64,000 nucleotides of DNA from Felis catus (Eukaryota): the NCBI RefSeq assembly GCF_018350175.1, contig NC_058368.1, positions 190,962,001-191,026,000 on the forward strand, read 5' to 3'. Position numbers and translations under genes: made by a program. The notes under the pieces are model-generated. The model was not told the origin of the DNA. It did not search any database and saw nothing but the letters and a program-made list of their open reading frames with translations. Shown piece after piece: positions 40,872 to 52,703 of the stretch. Positions within the stretch are counted from its first letter, which is position 1, and each line of letters opens with the position of its first letter.

Positions 40872-41077
40872 GGGTGCATGGGTGGCTCAGTAGGTTAAGC
40901 ATCCAACTTCAGCTCTGGTCATGATCTTGCAGTTTGTGAGTTTGAGTCCCACGTTGAGCTCTGTGCTGACAGCTCAGAGCCTGGAGCCTGCTTCGGATTC
41001 TGTGTCTCCTGCTCTCTCTGCCCCTCTCCCATTTGTGCTCTCTCTCAAAAATAAATGAACATTAAAATTTTTAAAAT
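40872..41077 (+). mobile_element. Can-SINE
   Basis: gggtgcatgggtggctcagtaggttaagcatccaacttcagctc...cagagcctggagcctgcttcggattctg. Confidence 0.92.
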
Positions 41078-41419
41078 AATAAACACAGAGCATTTACTAT
41101 TAGAAAATCAAGTTTTATGAGATGCTAAAGAGGCCTCAGTTTAACAAAGTTGATTGATAATTAAAACCTGGTCAAAATGTGTAATTTTATGTTTATAAGC
41201 ATTCCAACCAAAAGGTTTCTCCATGAAATAGAAGGGCTATGCTCCTACCAAGAAATTTCTTTCTAGTGTAACTCCGTATTTATCAAAGCACCAAGTGGTT
41301 ATTTACATGTGACTTAGTGAAGGCAAAAAAGTAACTCACAAAAGCAACCAAAAATGATTCTTATACCACAAGAACCAGTTATGGAGTTACTATGACTCCC
41401 TAAAATATTCACGAATACA

Positions 41420-41645
41420 GGGGTGCCTGGGTGTCTCAATGGGTCGAGCTCCTGGCTCTTTATTTTGGCTTGGGTCATGATCCCAGTGCTGTGGGACAGA
41501 CCCATGTGTTTGGCTCCACCTGCTTAGGAGTCTCTCTCTCTCTCCCTCTCCCCCTCTCCCTCACTCACGTGCTCTCTCTCTCTAATATATATCTATATCT
41601 ATATATAGAGTTATATCGATCTATATAGATGTATAGATACATAGA
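41420..41645 (+). mobile_element. Older Can-SINE with TA-rich tail
   Basis: ggggtgcctgggtgtctcaatgggtcgagc...(CT)-rich, then a (TA/TCTA) tail. Confidence 0.8.
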
Positions 41646-42077
41646 TATTTATGAGGATAAAACTGCTTGAGTAGTCAATGGCTGAACCAGTACCGAAGTA
41701 GTTTTAAAATGCCATTCCTTATCACTTGTAGCTACACACTAACCATCACTGCCATTAAACATTATACAACTAAATACATTACTAGCTAATGACACGTCTA
41801 CTTTTTTTTGACAGCAAACATCACCAGACAAAGTGAAAAGCCAAGACTCTGAAGTCAGACACACCTGGATCCACAGGCTGCCCCTGCTACTCACTAGCTG
41901 ATGAAGTCAGCAGGTTAAGCAAGCTGTCTACGCTTTTGCTGCATCATATATAAAGGAGAGATAAGAGGACCTCCTCAAAGGGTCAGTGTGAAGAATAAGA
42001 GATAACAGAGTAGGCACTTCTCACTGCTCAATACAAGCTATGGTGTTTGCACGGTTATTGTCAGTTGTTGTGTATGC

Positions 42078-43092
42078 TGTTATGACAAACTACTTTCCAA
42101 GGATGGCCACAACACAATCTGTACTGGTTTCCTGTGACTGTCATAACAAATTACCATAAAACCGATGGCTTAACACATTGAAAAAAATACTACCTCACAG
42201 TTCTAGAAGCTAGAAGTCTGACACCAAGGTGTCAGCAGGGCTGCCCTTCCACTGGACGCCTAGAGGAGAATTCATTCTTTGACTTTTTCATCTTCCAGAG
42301 GCTATTGACGTCCCACATGGGGGCATGATTCCAATCTCTGCCTCTGTGGTCGTACTGCCTGCTCCTCTTCTGTGTCAAATCTTCCTCTGCCTGCCTCTTA
42401 TAAGGATATGTGTCACTGGATTTAGGGCCCAACTACGTAATACAGGATGATCCCCTCATATTAAGATCTTTAATTGAGGTAAAGTCAAATATGGTAACAT
42501 GTACAGGTTCCAGGGATTAAGCCAAGGGCATATCATCTGGGGGCCACCATTCAACCCACTACAATCTCTCGTCCGACATTCTTTTCTAGAACCTTGCAAC
42601 TCCCCCATGGAGAGGTACCATCCATGTGCCCTCCCCTTGAATCTAAACAGGATTTTGTGCCTGCCTTCACCAATAGACTAAATCGAAAGTGATGCTACCC
42701 AACATCTGAGTCTAGGTCCTAACAGCAATACACACTCCCATCTTGTGTAAGTAAAACACACATTCTGGAACCCAGCTGCTACATGGATTAAAAGCCCAAA
42801 TTAGCCAATATGGTGGGCCGTGTACAGATTTTCTGGCTTGCTGAGGTCCAAGTTCACAGATGTGGCCACACAGGAAGTAAATATGCCTCTAGATGATTCC
42901 AGCTATAGCTCTTCAGCCAAGCCCAGACTTTGAGTCCTCCCAACTCAGACGCCAGATATCAGGGAGCGGAGAGAATCCATTCCCCTTGACCCCCATTCAA
43001 ATTGGAGATTGCGGAACAAAATTAATTCCTGCTATTACATTAAGCCATTGGGTTCGGGAGTGGTTTGTTGGGTAGCAAAAGATAATGAGACC
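42078..43092 (+). mobile_element. Old MLT1-type LTR (outer element of a nest)
   Basis: ccaaggatggccacaaca... resumes after the insert as ctccccttgaatct...ccaataga...aagtgatg, and ends ttaagccattgggttcgggagtggtttgtt...gcaaaagataa. Confidence 0.65.
42120..42563 (-). mobile_element. MLT1C-like solo LTR (inner element)
   Basis: tgtactggtttcctgtgactgtcataacaaattaccataaa...ctcacagttctagaagctagaagtctga...ggggccaccattcaacccactaca. Confidence 0.8.
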
Positions 43093-43225
43093 AATTAAAT
43101 AATCCAGTAAATCCATTCATTAAATAATTGAATGAATGAAAATTTAAAAAAATTTAAAGGCCCATGAGATATACTCCCTGACACTTAGTATCTTGGATTT
43201 TTATCTAAATATAGTGTGAGCGCGT

Positions 43226-43253
43226 GCACACACACACACACACACACACACAC
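43226..43253. repeat. (AC)n microsatellite
   Basis: Seen directly. Confidence 0.95.
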
Positions 43254-43333
43254 TTCTAAAGGAAAAAAAATGGTTAAATCTCTGTCATTCTGAGTCAAAG
43301 AGTGGGAGGAAGCAGTCATTATGGAAACTGTCT

Positions 43334-43501
43334 GGGGCACCTGAGTGGCTCAGTCGGTTAAGCCTCCAACTTCAGCTCAGGTCATGATCTTGAGAGGTTC
43401 ATGGGTTTGAGCCCCACATCGGACTCTGTGCTGATAGCTCAGAGCCTGGAGCCTGCTTCAGATTCCGTGTCTCCCTCTCTCTCTCAACTTGTGTGTGCGT
43501 G

Positions 43502-43534
<33 letters not shown>

Positions 43535-43581
43535 CCTCTCTCTCAAAAATAAATAAACATTAAAAAAATTTTTAAAAATAT
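43334..43581 (+). mobile_element. Can-SINE
   Basis: Full-length. TSD atggaaactgtct / atagaaactatct. Confidence 0.93.
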
Positions 43582-44084
43582 ATAGAAACTATCTAAGGTC
43601 TGGAGGGAGGACCTTGTATTTCATCTGGTCCGAACTGCATATTTTACAGATTGAGACAATAAGGCTCAGAAATGGTCCAGAGCCTCCCCTCTCAACAGAG
43701 ATTTTTGTCCAACAAAGAGCCACCCTGATCTTCAAAACAAGATGGAAAATCTATCATAGTCTTACTACCTTCCCAGTTAGGAGTACTGAAAGGAGGAGAG
43801 GGGACTGAGAGTGGGGGGGGGGGGTGGAAAAGGAACAAGGATGTTTTAACCAGTTATTTGGAGCCATTCGCTCATCAGGTTATGAGACACTTTCTTCTCT
43901 TTCTGTTGAATTGAGTTTTATTTGTTCGCTTTTTTTCTACCCTACTCCCATGGCTCCAGGTCCTAAACATTGTCTAGGACACAGAAATAAAAAGCAAAAA
44001 TTACTGTACAGAGAGAAATAAAAAACATTTTTGTTCAAAGATCGGACCTATCCAAAAGGCAGGTTAGTAGATTCTAGACCTGTT

Positions 44085-44470
44085 TTATAAGAAAGAACTT
44101 TCTGCAATGATGGCAATGTCTTCTATCTGCTCTGTTGATGAGAGTAGCTACTAGCCCGTGTAGCTGTTGCATATTTGTGATGTGGCCCGTGTGACCAAGG
44201 AACTGAATTTTTTTTTTAACGTTTATTTATTTTTGAGACAGAGAGAGACAGAGCATGAACGGGGGAGGGTCAGAGAGAGGGAGACACAGAATCTGAAACA
44301 GGCTCCAGGCTCTGAGCTATCAGCACAGAGCCCGACGCGGGGCTTGAACTCACGGACCGCAAGATCATGACCTGAGCTGAAGTCAGCCGCTTAACCGACT
44401 AAGCCACCCAGGCGCCCCACAAGGAACTGAATTTTTAATGCTATTTAATTTTAATTCCATATCAGACAGT
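44085..44470. mobile_element. MER3-like hAT MITE interrupted by a Can-SINE
   Basis: agaactttctgcaatgatggcaatgtcttctatctgc...gtagctactagcc...gtgaccaaggaactgaattttt, continuing after the SINE. Confidence 0.8.
44213..44418 (-). mobile_element. SINEC_Fc Can-SINE with 17-bp TSD
   Basis: TSD caaggaactgaattttt at 44196-44212 and 44420-44436. Confidence 0.96.
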
Positions 44471-47214
44471 ACAGTTGTAGACAAAGCATTTACAAAACTA
44501 CTCTGAGCTCAGAGTACCCTAATAATTCTCAGGCAACTCAAGTGCCCTGAAACCTCCTCGTAGTTACCATGTTTTCTTCTTCAGTCTGAATAGCCCCTGC
44601 CTATGGTGAAAGAGTCCTTCAATCAAGTTCTCTGTAGTAACATACTCCCTTGAGGTTCAAAACTTCCCTCTTATGATTGCTTAGTGCCTCAGTGATAGTG
44701 AGTAGTGCTCTAAGATCTGGCCATAACTTCCGATTTTGAGAGTAACTCAGAGTTCTGAGTAACAGAACGGTAACAGCCACACGACCTATAAGATCTGAAA
44801 CTCCATGTGTGAGCAGCTACGCGTGATGTATGAAGACAAAAATATTTCCAGGGCGATTGCGGACATTCTCAGTTTTTCTCAATTCCAGAATCATTCACAA
44901 CAAATTCTGAGTATATGAAAATAGTAGTAAGTGGCAAAGGTCATGGGTATTATCCTAGGCTAACATTACATAGTCCTTCGTTTGTAATTAGAGCTCAAGT
45001 TTCTCAGTCTGACCTCTCGAGAGTGTCTACGATTTGCACTGAGAGTGTCTACGATTTGCATTCTTGTGGACGTTTTGAGCATCGGCTTCCACTCTTTTCC
45101 TTCCCCACCCCATCTTTTGTCTCCAGGGGCCTGAGCTCTCAAAGCTGGAGCCCTAGTGTCTGAGGTTTCCCAACCAGGCTTAACACACTGCTTCCAAGCT
45201 GCCGTCATGGGGGTCTCTGCTTTCAACATGACTCAGAAGTCCTTAGCCATCGTGTTACAGTCAACTTAAGAAGTTTCTCAGTACCTTCTAGCTTTAGCTG
45301 ACTCCTTTATTGATACTCTCTTAAAATATTTGTAATTTTTAGAACACATGTTAGTGTTTAGAACATGTTTTAGAACATGTTATGTTCTAAACATGTTATG
45401 TTTAGAACATAAATTTGTAACAAGCTTGGCTTATAGCATTTTGCAGCAGTCACAATGACTAAAATCATCCTAGAAGATTTTCATTCTTATAAAGGTACAA
45501 AACACAGCAGGCTTCAAAGCAAATAGGACATTATGGAGCCACATCCCAGGACTGATAGAACAGGTGACTTTTGTCTTTTGTTTTTCTGCTTCACAGTTTT
45601 CATGCTGCCTTAAAAAAAAATAACATTTTGGCAACTTTCAGGCCGATGAATTTGAGCTAATGGATAAAAAGTGACCACAGGAGTCAAAGCACTGAGAGTC
45701 AGAAGCATGATGTTTTCAATATAGAAACTGAAGTGGATGCTACTCACACACACGGTATATTCACTAACAGCATTAAACGAAAAGTCTAACTGAAGCCAAT
45801 AATATCATTTTCTTTCATTTGCTGAGCAAATCTGTATATTAACTAGGATGACATCTCCTGCTTCAGTTCTGTTTCACACTCCATTATTACCCTTCTCTTC
45901 TCATGTAATTAAAATGTAGCAGGTAGCTGATACACAGGAGGGAGTGTCTGTATTAAAAATACCTTTTCATAATCAAATTCGAGTACTCATCTCATTTATG
46001 ATCTGTCTACCTTAATAAATGAACTAATAGTTCATTTTAAAAGCCATATAAAGCTCTATTAACCCATCTTTACACATTTTAATTTAAAGTGACAGGCTAG
46101 TCATGATTTTTTCCCATTCATTTATTCAATAAACATTTTAAAGACTATGTGCTAAGCATGGTGCTTAAACTTGTGGGCTCAAATATGAATAGTTTAAGGT
46201 TCCCGTCTTCTGGAGCTCGTGGCCTAGTAGGAGGGAGGGACAGGAAAATAAATAAGTAGAGGACTGCATGTCCCCCCCCACCCCCCACTGCTTGACAGCA
46301 GGGAAAGCACAACACAAAAGAAAGAGTCATCAGCTTAATAGGGGAAGATTCCAGAGAATAAAGGAGAAGAAAGAGAAAAGCTTAAAAGAGGCAATGTTTA
46401 CAGAAGATCCAAGGTAGATAGGCTTTTTGAGTGTATTTCCGACCTAATGGGAGGGAATCCTGGCCAGGCTGCTGAAAGAGCTGAACTCTGAGAACTGCTT
46501 GACTTTGTGCTGCCAGGACACAGCTGATGGGGCATCTTACTGAGTCTCTAGGCATGCAAACACGTCACAATGTGATGTGCAGCATCTGCTGGGCCAATGC
46601 ACTTCCCTCTCTGGGATTCCACCTGGATAACAAGAGACTGGGGCAGGTACAGGCGGGAGCTGGAGGAAGGGCCATTTTAAAGGAAAGGACAAGGGCAGAT
46701 GTGTGCTTAAGTTGCAAAGAAGCAGAAAACGCGATGGCACAACCAAGGCAGAAGGAATCTGGCCTGCAAATAGCAACGAATGTCTCAGGGCAAGATGGAT
46801 GTCATGTGACCCTGTAAAGCCAGAGGGTGGACATCCCCAGAGCAGGCTTGGTTCCTGACAGCACTCTAGGTCTCTCTGCTGTGAGGTGCTCCCATCTACC
46901 CATGAGATTCCTCTCTCCTCCCCCGAGCATGTGTGTCCCCACTCCCCTCTACTTGAGTTAGTTTGACTAGGTCGCAGTTCCTTGAGCTTTCTCCAAACAG
47001 ATGATATGTCGGCGCTCTGAGTTAAGGAACACACTGGCCGTTCTCTCTGGCTTTTACTGTTTTACAATGTGTCCAATTTACAAGTATTAGAATGCCTTCC
47101 TCTGACCCTCAGTGGATCTTTATCTTACTTTGGGGTAAATAAATCATGTTTTAGACATTGCACTGAACAAATTCAATTTGTCTTCATGAAAAATAGCACT
47201 TGGAAAATGGACAG

Positions 47215-47400
47215 TGTAGTGTCCTGATTAAGAGTATGGGCTCGAGAGCCTGACTCCCTGTGACCCAACCCCAGCTTCATGGCTTACTGACAGCATGACC
47301 TTGGGGCAAGTTACCATACTTCTTGGACTCTCTGCTCCCCCACCTGTAAAACAGGGGAAAAGTGGTGCCAAACTCATAGGGTGTTTATGAAGATTATATG
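47215..47400 (+). mobile_element. MIR
   Basis: ttaagagtatgggctc...tgaccttggggcaagttac...cacctgtaaaacagggg...ctcatagggtgttt. Confidence 0.75.
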
Positions 47401-48241
47401 GGAAAAATATTAAGTTCTGAGCTTCTATTAAACAGACATTTCATTTCTTATATAACCATGTACAAAATGGTTTGACTTTTATCATTTTAATGAAGGAAAA
47501 GAGAAATATAAGTTAAGGTATCTATTAAACAAGGTATAGAAAACTATAATTTACTGAGGACCTACCATGTGACCTGCACTGACCAGGTACTGGACATCCA
47601 GTATCTTGTGCATGTATCAGCACAAAGGCAATTTAAATTTGACAAGCACATACTGAAAGCTGACTGGGTACTGGAACCGGGTTGAGGTTACAAGGATAAA
47701 TAGAACATAATCCCTGCTCCTGAGAAGTTCCCTGGCATGGTTAGGGCAATGCAGCTGGGTCAGGCAACCTCACTCTCCACTTTGGTTCCATCATCTGCAA
47801 AATGAGGAGGTCTGATGAGGTGACTCCTAAGCTTTTATTTTGTCTAACAATGAATGATTTCATACTCAATTGTGCTAAGAGATCAGGCCATCTATTCATA
47901 ATTCCCAAACCTTTTAAATTTTATCACTTACTAACCACTTCTGCTAAATGATATTTTAGATGATCAATACTGAGTATTTTGGGAGGTCTTCAGAGCCACA
48001 TTATATGGACTGGGTTGTTAGAATGTACTGGCAGTAGCAGCAGTCTTCTACAGAATGAGATCACACATGGTCAAGGCAAAATCCAAAAGACAAAACCATA
48101 GCATTCTAACAGAAAGATACCTATGGTCTTATAGATACCTACTTCAATGCATTCATTTCTATACTGAGTCTTAGGGGAGGGGGGGAAGTGATGTAGTTCA
48201 TTGCCGGCTAGGCATCTAGTTCCCTGACATTCATGTTAAGA

Positions 48242-48495
48242 TTTTTTTATTATTATTTTTTATTATTATTATCTAAGTAGGCTCCATGCCCAACATGGAG
48301 TCCTAAGTGGGGCCCAAACTCACAACCCTGAGATCAAGACTTGAGCTGAGATCAAAAGTTCAATGCTTGACTGAGCCACCCAGGTGCTCTCCTACTTTTT
48401 AAAGTAATCATCTCTTCACCCAACGTGGGGCTTGAACTCACAACCATGAGATCAAGAGTCCCCTGCTCCACCAACTGAGCCAGCCAGGATCCCCC
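48242..48495 (-). mobile_element. Two tandem short Can-SINE units lacking (CT)n; the 5' unit is tRNA-Lys-like
   Basis: Unit 48242-48390 (agtaggctccatgcccaacatggag...gagccacccaggtg) and unit 48395-48495 (cccaacgtggggcttgaactcacaacc...ctgagccagccagg). Confidence 0.85.
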
Positions 48496-49391
48496 TCATG
48501 CTAGAACTTTTTGTGTTGCCCCACATTGGCTAACAGACCAGGTTCCAGAGGCAGACTGCTTGGATTCACATCTTTAGTCTGCTGCCTTAGAGCTGTGTGA
48601 TCACAGATCAAGCTACCACCTTGTGAAGTTGGTACCCTATTATCATCTACTCACAGAAGGGTTAAGTTAGGTAATACTTACAAATTACAACAGTACAGTG
48701 CCTGGCACAAAATAAGCCTTCAAAAAGTTATGATGTTGATGGTGATAGCAACTGCTACCATAACTTAACATGTGCCAAGCTCCATTCTAAATAGCTTGGA
48801 CTCATCACCTCATGTATTATTCACAAGAATCCTATGAAGAGGTAGGTGCTCTTACTCCCAGGAAACTGCAGCACAGAAGGTCGAGGAACCTGACAAAGTA
48901 AGAAACAGAAGCCAGATCTGTATCTAGAGCATCTCTCTCCAGAGTGTGTGAGCCCTTAACCACTCCACTATGATGTAGGGTCTCTCACGACTTTCTGTTG
49001 CCAATATCAAGTCTTTCTGTGGGTCAGAGGCTGCCATAAATGCTTAACACAAATGAACTCACTGAGTCTCCATGTCAACCTATGACACAGAAATCATTAT
49101 TAAGTTTATATTAAATGTTTACATGAATACAACAAGGGGATAAATCAGAAGTTGAGACAGTGGAGGGAGAGGGTCATAAGAGACAGTGCCAAGGGAAAGA
49201 AGATGAGGACTGAACATTCACAACTATCAGGAAACTACTTGGCACAGCAAACACCAATGGCTATCTCAGATGGGAGGGACGTTTGTGGTTCAGATGAGAG
49301 AGGGTGGGCAACAAAGATAGTGCCCATTTTGCCAGCTTTAGAGTTTTGTTGAAGAGCCAGATCACTAGCGCAATTAGAAGGAGGAGGTTCA

Positions 49392-49547
49392 TGAGAGACT
49401 CTTAAAAACTGAGAATAAACTGAGGATTGATGGGGGATGGGAGGGAGGGGAGGGCGGGTGATGAGCATTGAGGAGGGCACCTGTTGGGATGAGCACTGGG
49501 TGTTGTATGGAAACCAATTTGACAATAAATCTCATATTGAAAAAAAA
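49392..49547 (+). mobile_element. 5'-truncated felid L1 3' end with 16-bp TSD
   Basis: TSD agaaggaggaggttca at 49376-49391 and 49548-49563. The body matches the 3' end of the L1 at 7720-8280. A MIR follows at about 49565-49780. Confidence 0.93.
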
Positions 49548-52514
49548 AGAAGGAGGAGGTTCAGTGTAGTGGAAAGGGTTGGGCTTTGAATGCAAACACT
49601 AGCTCTTTTACATCTTAGCTGTGTGTCTTCCAACATGTCACTTAACTTCTCTGAGTATTTTTTTTATTAAAATGGAGGTAATACCTAATTTATAGTTGTT
49701 GTGAGAATTAAATGAGATATATATTTTAAGGGCCAAGCACAGTGACTAACAGAATGAACTAAAAGAATAAATGTGTAGTAAATAGTAGTTCCCTTGGGCA
49801 GCACAGTGTGCGATGAACTAGGATAGTTTGACTTATGGGTCACAGTATTGGTAAGCCATACACTCTTCCATGGAGGGGAAAACTGAGAATACAAGTGTAA
49901 CCTTGTCCACCTGCCTTATAACGAACATCAGAATATTCTGCTAAGAGCTTAGGAGAGCAAAACCACTTGTCTTCTGATTTACATCTGGGATCAAGAAAAC
50001 TTGGTTAGATGTTTGTCCAGATTGCTCTAACGAAAGGGTTCTTGCAGCGTATATCCTTGGGGATGGCACAGAAGTCTGACTACAGAGTAAAATTCTGGAT
50101 ATCCAACCTTGGATAAATTGCCAAATCCCAGAAATACCTTCATATGCCATCATTCTCTTGGTTCATTCTTACTCAGAAGGTTTGATTACACTGTCAACTT
50201 TCCCAAATTGCAAATTATTGAACATTTTAGATGTACAAAATAATCACTCTTTTCTGTTGATGATATTTTAAAATCCATGCATAAAATGCTTGACTCTTAT
50301 CCCACTGATTCCCTTTTCTCTTTCACCCCACATTCTCCAATATAAAATTGGTTAATACCTTACTCTTTCTCACGATCTTCACTGTCAGTAAATTACTATT
50401 TGTGGAATAGAATGATAATTCTAAAAGAATAGGTTTTATACTGTGATTGATGGAAAAATATGCTTTTAACTTGCAGGGAAAGATCAATTTTCTGACACTT
50501 CAGCTCTATTTGCTCAAATGCATTACTATTATAAAGCACCAATTATGGCTAATAATGGCATTATTCTCAACTCAGTAAGTACTTGGTTTGGTAAAGCTTT
50601 AAGAACTCTCAACTTTGGCAATCAATTTAGTTAACTACAGGAAATAGCCTATTTCAAATAGATTATTACCTTACTGTCATATTGCTCCCCAAGCTCACAT
50701 ACAATCAAAGTGAATTGTCACTCAATATACATTTACATATACCTTTCCCTATTAAGCTTGCCAAATAAAACACACTCCAGAAGCCATATGTGTATGATGC
50801 CAGTTTTAAAGATTTGAGTTCATATTCTCCACCACATTCACCCCAAAATCTTTCAGGTTCTATAAATTAACTTCATAAGAGATTAGGTAAAAAAAAACAC
50901 AGAAATAGGGGGTTAGGGGGTACATGAGTTGCAGCTAGGTTCCAATGGCAAAGTAATCAATTCTATCTTGCTCTTTGGACCCCCCACCATCCAACTATCT
51001 CACCAGCCAGAACCTGAGAATGTTTCAGCATATCTTCCAACCCCTTGTCTCCTACATCCAACCAGTAGTTGAGGTATTTATTCAACACCAGCTTTTAAAT
51101 GTCTTTTTCATCTTTATTCTCCATTCTACTGCCCTAGCCTCAGTCTTATTTAACACTGCAAAACAAAAGTTTCTCCACTTTGTAAGTTCATGAATTACAA
51201 AATAAAAACATCACAGAACATGCACATCAACAAATGGCAATTGTGGTCACTTGGACTTAGGACCAAAGGGACCCTGGATACCTCTTAGAACCATAATCTC
51301 TAAAAAGATTCAGCACTCAGTCTTCTCAAAGGGAGTCTGTCTGGGAAGTACAGGCAAAAATTCTTATCTTGGGTAATGAGTGTAATAAGAAACAGAGAAA
51401 TGGAGTTACAGGAGGATCCAGGGTTTTCCCAGGCAGCTATAGGAGCATCAGGCAGATGGAGCAAAGTAGCCCAAACAGAAGATACTTCCCCCGGAAAGGC
51501 AGGGAAGCATGCCTCTGCACTGTGTGTTAAGGATAAAAATAAACTTTATAATCCAGAAAAGGCGAAAATCCACTATCTTACTTGGGATTTTCACATGAAA
51601 ATCTTACTGGTAACTTACTGTAATATGGTCAAATTGCTCTATACAATAGGATTTATTTTTATGGCCAATCTAATTATTTACCTTTGACATCACAAGAAAG
51701 GAAAGTAATCTCAAGGCAGCAGATTACTATCCACTATGCTTTCACTAAAAGTGAAAGTACTTACAATGCCAGAATCTCTAGGAAATCTAAAGGGGAAAAA
51801 ACCCCACAGAATGACTCCAGAAATCGTATTTCCAGGATTTTCTTTTCATTTGAACTTCAACAAGTAAATGTTCAATGTGTATAGTACCCTTAAGTACCTA
51901 TAGCAAGGATTTCTTCAAAGAAGCATAAACACAATTTTTACTACAAAAAATGAAACATGGCTCTGCTCTCATTTCCATCCTGCTCTGGCAATGGCAAAGA
52001 GAATTGCCCTTCTAAAAATCAAGGAGAATCTCAATTAAACATAGTAATGAGCTACCTGGCATATACAGACCGTTAAAACTCTTAAATAATTCACAAAGCC
52101 TCATTTTACTCAGATATTTCTACCCTCCACTTCACAAAATCTTTCACAATCACTACTAAAATTTGGGAAAACTTAGTACTTTGAATTTTTCCCGTATTTC
52201 TTCCTGTATTATTTACTCAGAGGGCTTAGAAACTACAGGATACACAGACACGGTTATCAAAATGAAGGGAAACCATATGAGAGACTGTAAAGGAGGGAAA
52301 TGCCTCCAAATTGAATTACCAGCCTTTGGGAACTAGAGATGAGATAGAGGTGGATCCCCAAAAGTAATGTGAACAGAAATACTTTTAACCAAATGCCAGG
52401 CTACAAGATCTTTTGAATCCTACTACCACTACTTTTCCACATTCCTTTTTCTTTGTCCACACGTTCCCTTCCCTTCCCCCAAGAAGGGCTGAAGAAACAT
52501 GTGTTTTTACTTAC

Positions 52515-52703
52515 AATTGTGAAGTTCATGACTTTGAGAATCCAGATGGTCATGGCCAAGTTCACCAGTATTAAAATCATCAGGAGTAGGACAAAGAAAT
52601 ACAGGCATCTTTTCCGCCAGCCATAAATGCCCACCTTGTATACTTGTGGCCCCTCAGAGCTGGGCATGGAGCTCCGGTGGTGTGTGTACTGTTCCTGAGG
52701 CAT
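52515..52703 (-). CDS. SGCD: Delta-sarcoglycan internal coding exon (189 bp, 63 codons; equivalent to human exon 3): cytoplasmic N-terminus, transmembrane helix, start of the extracellular domain
   Basis: Translates to [63 protein letters not shown], recognisable as the delta-sarcoglycan N-terminus (human [37 protein letters not shown]...NFTI). Minus-strand acceptor tatttcAG|ATG (AG at 52705-52704) and donor ATT|GTAAGT (52514-52509). Phase 0/0. Contains the NFT sequon. Confidence 0.97.

Larger units (their letters stand above)
1..52514 (-). other. SGCD: SGCD intron downstream of the coding exon (partial; next exon lies outside the window)
   Basis: Starts at the GTAAGT donor at 52514. I found no sequence encoding the expected next exon (DGMGNLRITEKG...). 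The orthologous human intron is very long. Confidence 0.8.

Noticed and set aside
48400..48495. Possible tRNA-Lys gene on the minus strand
   Set aside because: It has the SINE-type leader, diverged stems and a SINE tail. It is a tRNA-derived SINE rather than a functional tRNA; tRNAscan-SE would confirm.
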